A stretch of 64,000 nt of DNA from Phyllosticta citribraziliensis (lineage: Eukaryota). Under the pieces are notes generated by a model, which worked only from the letters and a program-made list of their open reading frames with translations, was not told where the DNA came from and did no database searches. The stretch is taken from positions 1,116,001 to 1,180,000 of the forward strand of contig NW_027117343.1 of NCBI RefSeq assembly GCF_038025025.1, written 5' to 3'. Shown here piece after piece: positions 11,069 through 29,828 of this stretch. Within the stretch, counting starts at the first letter, position 1, and each line of letters opens with the position of its first letter. The translations under genes were made by a program, and so were the position numbers.

Positions 11069-14000
11069 GATCGCAGAACGACGCCCTCGGCCGTGGATCT
11101 CGAGGCTGATAATGTGCAGCTCTGTCGTCTTGTTGTCCTCTACCTTTTCTTTTTCTTTTGGTGAGAGATTGACGAATCCCCGCATCGTCCCACATTCTCT
11201 CCACGTGCCTTGACCGGCGATCATGACGCTCTGCAAGTCGGATCGCCCTGCGCCCACGGCAACACTGCACTGCACTGCACGACGACACGAGCAGCATTTT
11301 TTTCAAAGGTTGAGAATGAATGAATGGTGTATGCAGCGTCCAGTTGTCCCGCCAGCCAGGCCCGCCAGGTCTCCCTCGCCCGTCAGCCCTAGCCGCCCGC
11401 CGTCGTCGATGCCCCACCCCCTGAGTCCAAGAGAGCCCGACTGCTCGCTCATCTCTCGTCGGCCTTGAAGCCCGAGGACATGTTTGTGGACCACTGGTTT
11501 CACGGTGCTCTCCACTGATGCTGCCGCTGGGCGCTGACAAGTCCTCCCACGTGCCGGCACATGTAAGCTCTGGAGACGTGCGTCGTGCGTGTTGCCGCCT
11601 CGCCTGTAAGCAAATGCCACAGCAGCACCACGACAGCATGCTCGTATGCCATGCCGCCTGCCGCCTCTGCACAGCAACGAGGCTGCGCTTGTCCGACCGC
11701 TGCGGGCCGTCTTTGCATTTCGCAGTCAAAGCACTGTGGAGTCCGCTCTGTGTGCCTGTCGGGTTGGCCCGACCATCTGCTTCGCCAACGCGGCACCAAT
11801 TTCCCACTGCTCTCCGACTCACTCCCAGACGCCTGTGCCCGACGTGAGCGTGGGTACCTTTGTCACACCGTCCGGTGTTTGGACGCGGAGCGGGCCTCGT
11901 CTCCGTGTCTTGCCTGCCCAGCCCAGCGACGAAACAACAACCTGAAGCCAGCTCGACCTCTTGCCTTGCCTGTGCTCATTTCCCACGGAGCTTGACGGAA
12001 CAATTCATTCCATTTGACGTCAAGCCCCCGTCTCCAGAGCAAGAGAGACGTTGTTGTTGGTGTTTAGACTCGCCAAAAGCAACCACGCCATGGCACTCGA
12101 CAAGCCATGCCACGCCACGCCGCCGCTGCCTCATTTCGCGTGCCATCGCAGCGGATCCCTGCCACCCGCTTCGACTCGCTGACTGCCAAAATAGCTACCA
12201 CCATGCAAGCCCCCATCGCGAACCAGCAGGGTTTGCGGGTTCCTATCGGCGTCTGAGAACAGGACCTACCACTCTCTTCGCATCTTCCATTGCTATCCAA
12301 AGCGCCAGTGGCGACCCGAGCCGGCCGCAGCAGTACCTGGGGATCCGTTCCAATTCTGGCAGAGCAAACGATGCGAAGCACCGGTGCGCCCAAACAGGCA
12401 AGGGGCAGCACATGTCCTTTTTTTCCCCTCCTCTCTGCTCTACATTCCTCGGAGCGTCATCATCATCGGCGGGCGCGGCGCCGCCAGACACGCCATCCGT
12501 CATCGCTGCCATCATACGGCGTCATAGGTCGTCTGCAACGCCCGTCCGTGCGCCGTCCCTGGCCCGAACCGACGCTGAGAATCCCAGAGAGGGGAGAGAG
12601 GCATGCGACAACAGCACCAAGAGACGACCGCCGTCAGCGCCGTTAGGCGCGCTATCACTTTTTGCTGCTGCTTCTGTTACGCTTGCTTCGGTTCGACGCA
12701 CCAACAGGCGAACCGGCCAAGCCTCCCTTCAACATCATCGCCGAGACGAATGAGGGAGGGAAAAAAAAACCTATCCATGCTTGCCGCTTTGCCACCGGCG
12801 CTACCGCCTGCTAGCTGCGAACGCACACGAGCAGCTGGCATACGAGCAAGTGCACATTCGGACAGATGGATGTACGCACTCTGTGAAGCTGGTGTGCCAC
12901 TGCGGCCGCCACCGCTGACTTGCTCCTCATACCATTTCGCCAGCTGGCTCGCAGGCAGAAGAAATGATTGTAATTCTTCTGCCCGGGAGAGGACGTGTGC
13001 GCCAGGTGCTGCGGCGGCGGCGCGAGATCGGCCGAAGCGCGGAGAAGACTTTGAAGTGACTTGGATCAAGTCCAGCATTCGAGTGGCGGATCCTGTGCTC
13101 GACTATTCAGAGTTCGAGGCGGAGCAAAAGTCACATCAACCCATCATGCGGCTTCATGAAGCCGGTAGGTAAATGACCAAGTAGCACTTACCGGGAGAAA
13201 ATAGCATACCAGATCCGTCATCCCATCTGCTTCTCCATGTACGGTATCTCAAAAGTACAACATGTACCTACATGTACCTACCAACACAGCCGCTTACATC
13301 CCATCCCCATCCCATCCCGTCCCCCTCTCCCCTCCTCACCACACGCCACTCATCATCTCCTCTCCTCCACCCAACCCAACACCACATGCACAATGACGAC
13401 GCCGGCTCGCCGTTTCCCCTCCCCAGCCCTTCAGCTCTGACCCACCCCCTCAACAAGACCCTGCTGGGGAGGCACGCACGGCAGCTATTTGTTTGCCTTG
13501 TTCATCATCATGTCAGCCCCCATCTCATCACGCCTCAATGGTCCAACACAGACGATTTCAGGAGCACAATCGCAGCCGCACGTCACGCTGAGCTGGGCCA
13601 GACGATGCAGTGCCGGATGCAGGGCAGAAACGGCATTATTTCTCGAGTCTGGTGTACTTGTTTGCCTGTGTCCTTACCTACCTGATTTGGCGGTGTACTA
13701 CGGCCATGCATGCTCGCATGCTGACATATCCGTCTGCATCCCTGCGCTGCGGCCAGGATCGTACATGTTGGATATGCGGGCCCGTCCGTCTACCACCTTA
13801 TCTATCCATCTGCTTCCTGGGTTTGCTTTTGTCAGTGTTGAGGGAGGTTGTTTGGTTTGTACGAAGCCTCTGCATGGACTGAGAGAAGGAAATTGAGATG
13901 AGAGAAGAGATGGACGATTTCGGATCTCGACACTCATGTTGCGCATCACGCCCGAATAATTCCTAGCCACGACATCAATCTTCCATGGACGTTGAAGTAT

Positions 14001-14981
14001 CTCCCGCGCCCAAGCCTTCGCTGCCTAACATCAGCACAGCCTTGCCTCACTATCCTCTCCCTCTCTCTCCGTACCAACCAGCCAATTCTGTTATCTGAGA
14101 CCCTACCTATCCGATCTCTTTTCGTCTCTCTTTTTCCTTTTGCCGCCGTGCAGCGCGCCATGTGCGCGTCGGCGGGTGCGAGTCATGCCGCATACACGCA
14201 CGCCTCAGATTCGCAGCGCTGCCGACGAGGGGTCTGCGGATCTGCGCCAATCACCCGCCCGCCTTGTCGTCCGGCACTGCTGATGTGGCGTTGCGGGAAT
14301 GGCGCTGCGCTGCGAGCGCTGCCGTCGCGGGTGTCGTTTGTTTTGCTGCGCCGGCGCTGGCGCTGGCGAGAGAGTTCGGCGGGGCTGTGAAGGGAGCGTT
14401 CGTGGGGGGTGACGCTGGTTCGATTCGAACGTTGGGTTTGCCGATTGGCGGTCGATGAGGTTTGGGGGAGGGCGTGGGGAGTTTGTGGTTTTCTTGACCC
14501 TTGGGGGAGCAGGGGGCGTTTGCCTCTGAGGTAGGTTATTGTCCTTGTTGTTTCAATCTCCGTACCTTGATGTCCGAGCTATCAAACTTTCCTTGTCCGC
14601 CTGGCCATTGTTGTCTCGCCTTGTCGCGGGCGTTCTTCAGGGGTGCGGTGAAGTCGTAGGTGCCGCCGATGGTCATCCTCACGCGGTCTTGCGCTCGACT
14701 TTTCTCGAGACGCGTATCACGTCCGGGTAGAAAGAGCTAGGAGTTTTCGGATGCGATGCGAGCAGTGGTGTTCAGGTGTCGTCCTTCGCTGTGCTCTCGT
14801 ACTGTAGGTAGCCGCAGGATGCAATGGAATTGGCAGCCGGGCCATGTGAGGCAAGTGCGCTCCATACCTATCCACCTACTCAGAAAACCCTCCCCCTCAT
14901 CACAACCAATCAACCTCAAAGACAACAGAACCGAACGCAGTCCGCATCTTTCAGCGCGCAACATTTTCATCATCTCACCTC

Positions 14982-16036
14982 ATGCTGCCTGGTCCTTCCT
15001 CCGAGGGGCCATTGGTCGCCGCAAAGGACGCAGGCCCGCCGGCTACGTCTCACACACCTCAAGATCCGGATCTTAATCATCAGGATGAGCAGCGTCGAAG
15101 GTAAGCGCCTACAGCTTATGAGAGTCATGGCTAAAGCCAGTCCTAGCTTGGTCGCATCGGGGGAGAAGGCCAACCTCATATTCAAACTCCACGATGGCCA
15201 GACTGTGAAGGCACACAAGTCAATTGTCTACAAAAATTGCCCCTTCTTCGCACTACTCAAGGATGAGCCGCAGGTAGGTGATTCCGCTGTCTCGGAAATT
15301 TCCAAAGGCTTGTCAGGATCTAACAGACAGTCAGGAAAACATCACAACCGTCAAGATGTCCGTCGGCTCTGCTACGACCCTGAAAGCCCTGCTGGGTTTT
15401 ATCTACTTCGACAACTTTGACCTCGAGAGCTTGAGCCCTGCCCAGCTAGTTCTGGACCACCTTGACGTTTGGATCATGGGTTACACTTGCGGGCTACCAG
15501 TTTTGCAGTCTATCGCCGAGACACGTTTCGAGGCCGCCTTGAAGCAGAAATCCCTCGACCTGTGGCTCGTCATGCCGAGACTTGTTCGAGAAGTTTACCG
15601 ACGAACGTGGAGCGTTCATACGCGGGTCCGCCAGCTCGTGGTAGAAATAGCAACAAACAATCTTCGAGAACTTTCACAGAACAAGGATTTCAAAGAAGCT
15701 CTGGAACACTCTAGCGCATTTGCCTTCGACATCGCCCATACTACTGCACAGAAGCTCAGCACAGCCCCTTCGAGTGCTCTCCAGAAATCTGGCAAGGAGC
15801 TGGACGAGACAAAAGCGGCGCTTCAGAAGACCCACAAGTTGCTTCGAGATTGCGGGCAGGCTCTTTATGTCTCCGAACAGAGCAAGTACTGGACCGATCA
15901 AAAGCTTCAGCAGGTTTTGCTGTCACTGAATCTGGCGAATCAGAACTGGTACGCCGCCTTCGTCGCGTGGAAGACCTGCGAGAAGCAACTGGAGAAGGCC
16001 CAAGAGGAGCTGCGGGGGCTGAGGAAAAAGTCCTAG
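14982..16036 (+). CDS. BTB/POZ domain protein 1 with C-terminal coiled coil
   Basis: MLPGPSSEG...QRRS-LVASGEKANLIFKLHDGQTVKAHKSIVYKNCPFF...PQ-ENITTVKM...LKALLGFIYFDNF...HLDVWIMGYTCGLPVLQSIAETRF. Introns 15101-15146 and 15274-15334. Confidence 0.8.
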
Positions 16037-16766
16037 CAAGTGCAAGTGGAAGTCAAAAGCTTGGAACATACAAGTGTCCGAAAATTGAATACGGAGGGAC
16101 AGTGCGAATGCCGGATTCTTAGCCAAGCAGTCGCTTGTCCAGGATGTCACGGAAAGAGTCAATGGTGGCAATGGTCGCAGATTGCCTAGTCTGTTGCTTC
16201 TCGTTCGCACAAAATCGAGAGGAAGTCGGAGGTAGGAATGTCTTGAGGGTCTTCAAAAGCTTTGTCGAGGGAATGTGGGTCGTGGAGCAACGCAGGCGGA
16301 CACCGGGGATGCGGTCAAGATACATGTATCTTCGAATTATATCGATAGCAGCGTTTACTGCAAGTATTCCGTCCAGCTCTGATGATTCCATATTTATCAG
16401 TCCCGGGCCAAACTTGCGATTCGGCCATGCCATCTCGCAATCTTTCATTCCCAATGCATTGAAGAGGATTAGGCCTTCAGATCTGCCCTTGAAATTTCTT
16501 GAGTCTCTTTAAATTCCTGTCAGACAAGCTGAGAAGTAGCGAAGGTACCAGAGGCAGCATCGCTCTGGCGGTAGTCGCGCCTGCCTCCCCGCCTCAACTC
16601 CATGTCTCACTCTACGCGCGCGCGCGAGTTCCAACTTCCAACATCCAACTTCGAGCAACCCAACTCTTCCAAGGTTTCTGACCTTTCCCAGAATCGCTCA
16701 ACTGGATTTGTACACTTCGCATCCCCACCGCCCTCGATCAGAATCAGCCAACCATTCGGATCAGAA

Positions 16767-17801
16767 ATGTCAACAGTTCCCTCGCTGCGGCAGCAGCTCG
16801 CTCTCATCTTGCCCTCGGGAGCCGCTACTGCCTCTCGCAACCGTCAAGAGCCTCAAGTGCGCCCAATTGTCCCCAAAAGAGCCGCGTCACCAAGCACTTC
16901 CGAGGCCACGACCTCCATCAAGAGAGCAAGGGTGGACGACTCGTACGACGCGAGCATTCAGGACAGTATCCTCTCGTGTGTGACGCCTGAGTGGAGCTCA
17001 CTTGCAGTCTGCTGATCCTATTGAGATTGTTTCATTCGCAAGCATACTCCGACCTCACGATTCGGGACAGGCACGGCCAGGAGTGGCGGGTGCATAAGAA
17101 CATTGTGTGCACCCGCTGCAGATTCTTTGCTAAGGCAGTCGATGGTGGCTTCAAGGTATGCTGAAGGCTCTCTGCTTGAAGATTTCTCGCACGACCTCTT
17201 TCTTGATCGCAAGAACGCATCAACTAATTGGCAACAGGAGGGCAAGACAGGACTCATAGAGATGCCCAACGACGACCCTGATGCCCTGAAAGCACTGCTT
17301 GAATGGTGCTACTCGAATACGTTCACGATTCCGAAGGTTGAAGTCGTACGGGACCACGTTCTGTTTCACCTTGAGGTTTACATCATCGCCGAAACGTACG
17401 GTGTTGCTGCTCTGGCGACCAAAGCTATGGAGGAATTCACGAAGGTTGTCGGACTCCAGAAGTGGTACTGTCCAAGAAAAATCATACCCGCTGCGGCCGA
17501 GAGAGTCTACGAATCCATACCCGAGAAGCAGGGGGAGGCTATCAAACGTGCTCTAGCTTCAGCTTCAGCCGTGCACTTGTCTGGCTTGCTCCAGAATAGC
17601 GAGTTCACAGATCAGATGGCCGACAATCCTCTTTATTCCAGAGCGATCGGAAAGGCCCTCAGGGACCTGCCCAAGGTCTACAAGACTTTCGAATGTAAGA
17701 TTCGGCCGCGCTCTTTCTTCGGACACTTGGGACTATGGCTGACTACAGTACAAGGCGATGGCTGCACCACCTCGGCCCAAGCATCAACACCTCAAGCGTA
17801 G
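16767..17801 (+). CDS. BTB/POZ domain protein 2
   Basis: [66 protein letters not shown]...HLEVYIIAETYGVAAL. Introns about 16976-17025, 17156-17237 and probably 17695-17754. Confidence 0.85.
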
Positions 17802-18478
17802 TCACTGGGAGCTTGACAAGCCGTGGCTGTGAATTCGAAGGTGGGGAATATGACTTGAAGAGCATCAACCAAGGGGCATTGCTGCGGTCAGAAAACAGGG
17901 AGGATAACTGCTCGGACTGGAATTGACGGGGTACCTTTTGGCGACTGAGAGCGAGCGGATAGTGGTGTTGGACCATGTCTTTTCTGGGAGGCTCGAGAAT
18001 CTTCTGGGCTGGAGGAGCTTGAAATCGATGTCTCCATCGAAGTTTGCTGGCACACTTTCCATGCAGCTGGCATACCACTTTGCAAAAGGCTTGCTGGGCT
18101 CCACTCCATTTGGTTTTGCGCGCGAAGCATGCATGCTCTACTTTTTCTCCCTCTGAAATGCAACTTGAATGAATTTCTCAAGCCATGTCGCTTTGGCCCC
18201 CCAAATGGGAGCTGTGGAGGGGAGCGCTCCCTTCGTGACTTGTTCCAGGCACAGGCAGTGGACCGCCTCAACCTCCCCGGCCACGGCAGCTGCCACCGCT
18301 CTTTCCCAACTGCAACGCCGGCGACTGCAGTCACGCTTCGAGCGCGCCCGGTACTTTTGGACCCGCTGCCCTCGACGAAACATCTACATCTGCGTGGACC
18401 AACTCTTCACCTCAACCTCGCAACGAACCAATATCGCCGACAGTCCACGGACCTGCCTTCGGGCTCTCGTGCTTCACC

Positions 18479-19286
18479 ATGGCTTCTGATCCACCAGGAG
18501 ACAGTCCGAAATACCCATGCGAACGCATCGCGTACTGCTTCCGTACTTACGAACGGATGGTTGCTCAAGAAGATGCACCCCGAGCATCCAGGTTGCACAT
18601 GCAATTCAATTTGTTCGTTATTTCCCGTATGAGGTTGACTCGAACTTCACTGATTCATTGAATCAGACTCTTCTCCTCCTCGGAATATTCAGACCTGACC
18701 ATCCGGACCCGCGACGGTGGAGAGCTGAAGGTCCACAAGGCAATCGTCTGCACGACCTGCGCTTTTTTCAAGAACGCTTTGAAAAACGGTTTCAAGGTAG
18801 GACCAGCTTGAGAGTCGGCATGACTTTCACTAAAAATGCGTCACAGGAATCTAAGACCGGATTGATCGAAATGCCCAATGATCCTCCACATGCCGTGCGC
18901 GCTCTCGTGCAATACTGCTATCATCACGAATATCCCATGTCGAAAGACATTTTCATTCACGTGGAAGTACACATTGCGGCCACCACTTACATGCTGGCGG
19001 GGCTGAAGCGTCTTGCATGGGCGAGGTTCATCGCGGAGCTTCGATCAAGGAACCATAACGGCGGGGATATCTCTAAGCTCGTTACCTTGGTATAGATTCA
19101 CTTCCTGAAGGCGACGCCTTGATAAAGGTACCTGTGGTTCGTTACAGTGCGACTCACTTGTCAAACCTGCTTCTGAATGCGGAATTTGCTGCGGCGTTGG
19201 CGGAGCATGATGACTTTCGTGTCGAGGTCGTCAAGATAGCCAACAACATTTCACCAGTCATCAATGCCGCTCCATATGAGAATTGA
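18479..19286 (+). pseudogene. BTB/POZ domain protein 3 with a 1-nt frameshift near 19094 (pseudogene or sequencing error)
   Basis: [62 protein letters not shown]; introns 18613-18666 and 18797-18846. TAG at 19093-19095, but homology to the paralogs resumes in the -1 frame (DSLPEGD...SATHLSNLLLNAEF) up to TGA at 19286. Confidence 0.75.
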
Positions 19287-19838
19287 CCGATCCTAGCCTG
19301 GCTTCGATTTCCGCTGACTCATTACAGGCTCGTGGATGAAGGAAATGTTGGAGCAAGCGTCGACGAAGCAGGAAACCCCCAAGGCGTCTGATGGCAATTC
19401 TGCTTGAATTCAAAGCATGGTCTCTCAGACAGCTTCCATCATACTAGTCAGTCAATCATGGCACGTCATACGTCGAGGTAGATAGAACTCAATGCAATAT
19501 CGAAATCTGTGTTGGAACTTGCTCGGGCGTCGGTGAAATTCTCAAAGCTCGCTGGCGGTAAATCGCTCCGAAGGTCTTTTCCGCTGGATGCTGCTGGGCC
19601 TGCCCGTGGGTGCTATGAGTCTTTGGGCTGTGGGTCGTCAGAGTGTCGGCGGCACGCGTGGTTCCTTCCCATTCTGCCCACGCGACGCGCACAACACCGC
19701 GACACCATCCTCCCATCTTGCCCACGAAAACCTCGACACCTCAACACCTCGACACCCCACAACCCCAAGGCCTCATCATCTCGCCACATACTCAACTGCA
19801 TTCATTGCCTTGAGGTCTCGGTCTCACCATCCGTTGCC

Positions 19839-20805
19839 ATGAGCACAAGCAGCACGCTTCTTTTTCAAAGGCTGCAGTCCCTGCAGCTCACAAGGACGAA
19901 GCCGGACACACTTCACCCGTGGGAGCAACACTATGTCGACGAAGTTGGCGAGGAGGATGCAGAGAGTGGAAGAATCGAGTTCATGCAGGACAAGGGATTT
20001 TATCCGTGAGCCTTGTCACAAAACACTCAATCTCAAAGTGCTAAGCAGTCTTACAGATATTTTTTGAACGGCCTTCACTCGGACCTTACCGTTCGAGATG
20101 CCAATGGTCGCGAATGGAAGGTTCACAAGCTCATTGTAACGAAAGGATGCGATTTCTTCGTCAGGGCACTCAAGGGTGGATTCAAGGTCAGCAACTTCAA
20201 GACTAAACCCCAACGAGTTTGAGACTCCCAGCGAAGTCACAATTCTCTGACCGATTACAGGAATCCCGAACGAATGTGATAGAGATGCCCAACGACCCTC
20301 CCTCCGCTGTCAAAGCGATGCTGGATCTTCTCTACTCGGAAGACTATGCCGTAATCACTCCAACCAGAAACATTAGGACTCTGAAGTTTCATCTGGATGT
20401 TTGGATCACAGCTGTCATCTATGACATGGCTGGTTTGCAGGAGATGGCATACCGGAGATTTGTAAGACTCTGGATGTCTGGAGGATGCCCGCGCTTCATT
20501 CTCCCTCTCCTGGCAGAGAGAATCTATGACTGCACAATGGAGAGCGACGAATGGATGAGGGTCTTCGTGGCGAACATGTCGGCTGTTCATCTGCCAGGTC
20601 TCCTGTTACAGGATGATTTTCGACAAGTCATGGCCGACTCAAGCGAGTTCAGTGCCGACGTTGCCAGGGCCCTGGCTCGTTTGCAGGACCATGCGCCCTT
20701 CCCATGTAAGTTTCCTCGAACATATCTCAGTCTGCAAGACGTTCAGAACTGAGCACCCTACCTGCAGGTCGTGACTGCAAGAACCACGCCCTCGAGTCTG
20801 AGTGA
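19839..20805 (+). CDS. BTB/POZ domain protein 4
   Basis: [72 protein letters not shown]...HLDVWITAVIYDMAGL. Introns 20006-20056, 20187-20260 and 20706-20767; the last exon gives CRDCKNHALESE*. Confidence 0.85.
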
Positions 20806-21333
20806 ACTTGAGTACTGGTCCAAATTCTTCGATACAAGCAGTGAGGAACGGAAGGCCCAACCCATCTCGCTTTTTGGGCTCGAATCATCGCAGCTCTTTT
20901 CACGTCCTGCGCAGCCGATGAAAGGCAGTCAATCAAAGTTGTACAAGAACAAGGGAGGAACACAGCGAAGTCGCATTCATGACTTCTGGCACACGACTGC
21001 TGGAGCTTGCTTTCTAGCCTGGCATGGGAGGGACCTGAATCGGATGGATATAATTGTGGGGAGATAATGAACTTGGGACAATGGATGGCGAAGAGGATGG
21101 AGGTCTGAGCACACAGCTGATTGTGTTCGGTCATAGGCCTCTATCCATGGGCGGCTTAGCTATAGCTGGAAGCAATGAAATCATGTTTTCACTCCTCATT
21201 TGGCCTTCATGCGATGCTGGCCTTCTGACGAAAGGACTATGCTGACCTGCAATGGCGCTGGCTGGAAGCCTCCCAGACCCGCTACTTCATGAGCCTCGAA
21301 ACACAAAGAACGTTCGCACTTCAGCAAGCAGTC

Positions 21334-23278
<1,945 letters not shown>

Positions 23279-23808
23279 TTATCTTGTCAAGCGCGTTTCT
23301 CCCAAAAGCAATGCGTAACTAGTTCAAGGGACCAAGCATTCGGAGAACGTCACCTTGCCGCAAAGACATGCTTTATACCCGAGCAACCGTTCGGCCCGTG
23401 TTGCTGTTGCTCGTCCCCTTCCGCGCACGCGCGGCGAGCCCCACGCTGCAAAGACGGGTCGATAAGGCCATGAACGCGGCCAGAATCGCACTTTGGAGCT
23501 GGTTGCCGACAATAGCGGTGGTCAGAGCAAAGAAGACGGCGCCAGGCGACATTTCAAGAGGTTTGTGGGAACGATTCGTCATTGGAATGGATGATGGCGT
23601 TAGCAAGCCCCGCTGAAGATCCATTCAATCCCTGCCGCAGATCCTGTCAGCCCAGACCAGACCGTTGAACCTCAGGCGCAGAAACTCCGTTGCCTATCTA
23701 ACGCCCGAAACATGCAAATAACAAGCCGTGCCCAAGTCTCCAGGCACGTTCGTCCTAGGAATAACATGAGACAGGCCGACCAATCCCCTCAGGTCAAGTT
23801 CCAAGCTC

Positions 23809-27585
<3,777 letters not shown>

Positions 27586-27713
27586 GCTGGCCTACGGCAC
27601 GCGCGCGATGCGTCGAAGGGCTGATGTTGCGCGCTTGCCGTCTGTGTAGGGGTAGTTCAGGAAGCTGTCAGAGAGTCGATGGATCCAGAGGCTCATGCGC
27701 TCATCTTCGCAAG

Positions 27714-27793
27714 ACGCGTGAAATGGCAGAGACGCGCAGAGAAGAAGTGGGAAAGTTGTTGTATGGCCGGACCGAGGGCAGTTGTAGACGCGT
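27714..27793. promoter_or_regulatory. Two MCB (ACGCGT) elements upstream of SMC3
   Basis: ACGCGT at 27714-27719 and 27788-27793, plus CGCG-rich neighbours, 130-210 nt upstream of the ATG. Confidence 0.5.
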
Positions 27794-29828
27794 CGCGGAA
27801 GCGCGCGTCCCATGCATGCGGTGGCCTGCTTGCCTGTCCTGTGCGGCCAAAAAGCGGGACCGACGGCTCCGCTACCGTACTCAGGTCCCCGCTGGCCAAT
27901 CATCGTCACCTCGGCATCCAACTATACACCACCCACAAACTCGACTCAACTTGTCCCTCCATGCTCTCTCGGCGACAGCTCATTGGCAAAATTCACACTC
28001 CAGGGACCATTACCGACAAACACAAAAGCTTACCAAGCTCACGTCCGTTGGCCTTGGTGTCCTGTGCACCCACGTCTACCTGGCACCGCAGCCTGTCTCA
28101 ACTCTCAACGTCGGCCCAAGACTGCCCTTGCGAGTTTGGGCGCCTGTGAGGTCGACATTCATGGCAGCTGACTTCGGCGACCGCTTTCCCTTCGTCAACG
28201 ACCTCCTGCCTATCAAGAGGTGGACTGGCAGAGGACCCGCTCGGGTCGCAGCCAGTCACGCCTTTGGGCACCGTTTGATTCGCCCACCACTGCGCTCAAA
28301 ATAACCTAAATAACCTTAACATGCTCAACGTTAAAAGAATGCCACTCCTGCTCCCGCGTCGAACAGTGTTCAAGCCTATACCTTCGAACTGAGTCTGCGG
28401 AACATTCGGCATGGCAACTCATCGTATACAGGCCGGACCAAGGCTAGAAATGTTCTGGCACTTTGCCGGAAGCTGTTCTCGACCTAAGCTTTGATGCCAA
28501 GAAGAAACTCAGGAGCACGTCCTCTATGTGGTGCGTTGGTCGAGTTTCGGACATGGTTCCCCAGTACTGCGGACTAACAGGGCGCCAAATCGCGGGGCGT
28601 TTTACGGTTCCGAACGGCATATGCAGACGTCATTCCGTCCTCGACCAACGATACCCGCAGAGCTCCGGTTTCCATAGACAACACCATGCCTCGCCGGCAC
28701 TGTTACAAGAGCAGTTCGAGACAAAGGGCGGCTTTCTTGCGCTTCGTTGCTCTGGACACATGTTCGGATCAGGATACTGTCAACTGCTAATACAGCAGTC
28801 CCCCGGCGCCACACACACTAAACGGATTTATTAAGACTCGTACAGGGAGCCGAGCTGCACATCATGCCTAGGGCCGCCAGAGGCTGTTCGGTTCCCCCCG
28901 TTGCAATGTTACAGTACAGTAAGGAAATAGCACCTTCTGGAGCATTTTACCTAGGGTACGCTGCCGGCGATCGCAGCCAAGAGACTTGAGAGTTAAGCAT
29001 CCGCCCAGAATGGTCCCCAAATTCGCCATTTGAGGCAGTCTCGAGAGCATTCAGGGCACGATCAAAAATAGTCACCACGAGGAAGGGAGCTCTCTCCTGC
29101 CCAGCCCTGTCATTTTACCCGACGTGCAGACCCCAGATCGCGACACAGCAACATCACCTCGTTCCTATGGTTTAGGCAGGACCTCCCCGTTCGTCTCCTT
29201 CTCCCGAGTTAATCTCTATGTTGGCAGCTACCCGCGATTCCACGGGCGCCGTGCGTCTTAACCCTACGGTGGCTATGGGAGATCGGCCAACTTTGTCAAG
29301 AGAGTTCAGCACCCCGCCTCTCACCCATTTCAATACAGATCGCCGCCTTTCAGCTCCTTGACTCGCCCGCCATTCATCAAAGAATCATTCGGTGGTTGGC
29401 AGTGGCTACTTCTCTTCATTTATCGCCTCTCGCTTCTAAGTTGTCGCGCCTTCCCCTTTCAACGACCACTCTTTATTTCGTCGCCGCCCTCGAGAAGTCT
29501 GCGTTTTGTGAGCGCGGATACCCAACCTTCTTTTAACTCCCGCACGAGCAATGCCTGTCGCTTTTGTTTAACGCTGTCGCCATTTCTCAGTCCTTAACAC
29601 TCGTTTTCCGAGTGGGCTTCTCCACTCGACCCGCGCTACCAGTCACTCATTCTTCGAGCCGCCCGAACTTAAAGGGTAATACTACCCGCTCGTGCATTTC
29701 GCGGCACCGCTCGACGTCGACGGAAAAGCGCAATAGTCTTAAGGGGCTTGTATCCTGCCATTGTTGAGGAGCGGGTTCGGAGCCAGAACTTTCTGAGCAA
29801 AACACATTGAAAAGCAGGAACAAAAACG

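Noticed and set aside
10785..12753. 345-aa and 297-aa ORFs in the large intergenic region
   Set aside because: Low-complexity translations of microsatellite and GC-rich DNA with no motifs or coding-like composition.
16119..16454. Minus-strand ORF with a faint BTB-like stretch (AVNAAIDIIRRYMY)
   Set aside because: No HK/CxFF core or shared intron pattern; too weak to call.
23590..23602. Possible CYS-3/MetR site (gatggcgttag) upstream of the sulfatase
   Set aside because: Only a partial match to ATGRYRYCAT; not distinguishable from chance.
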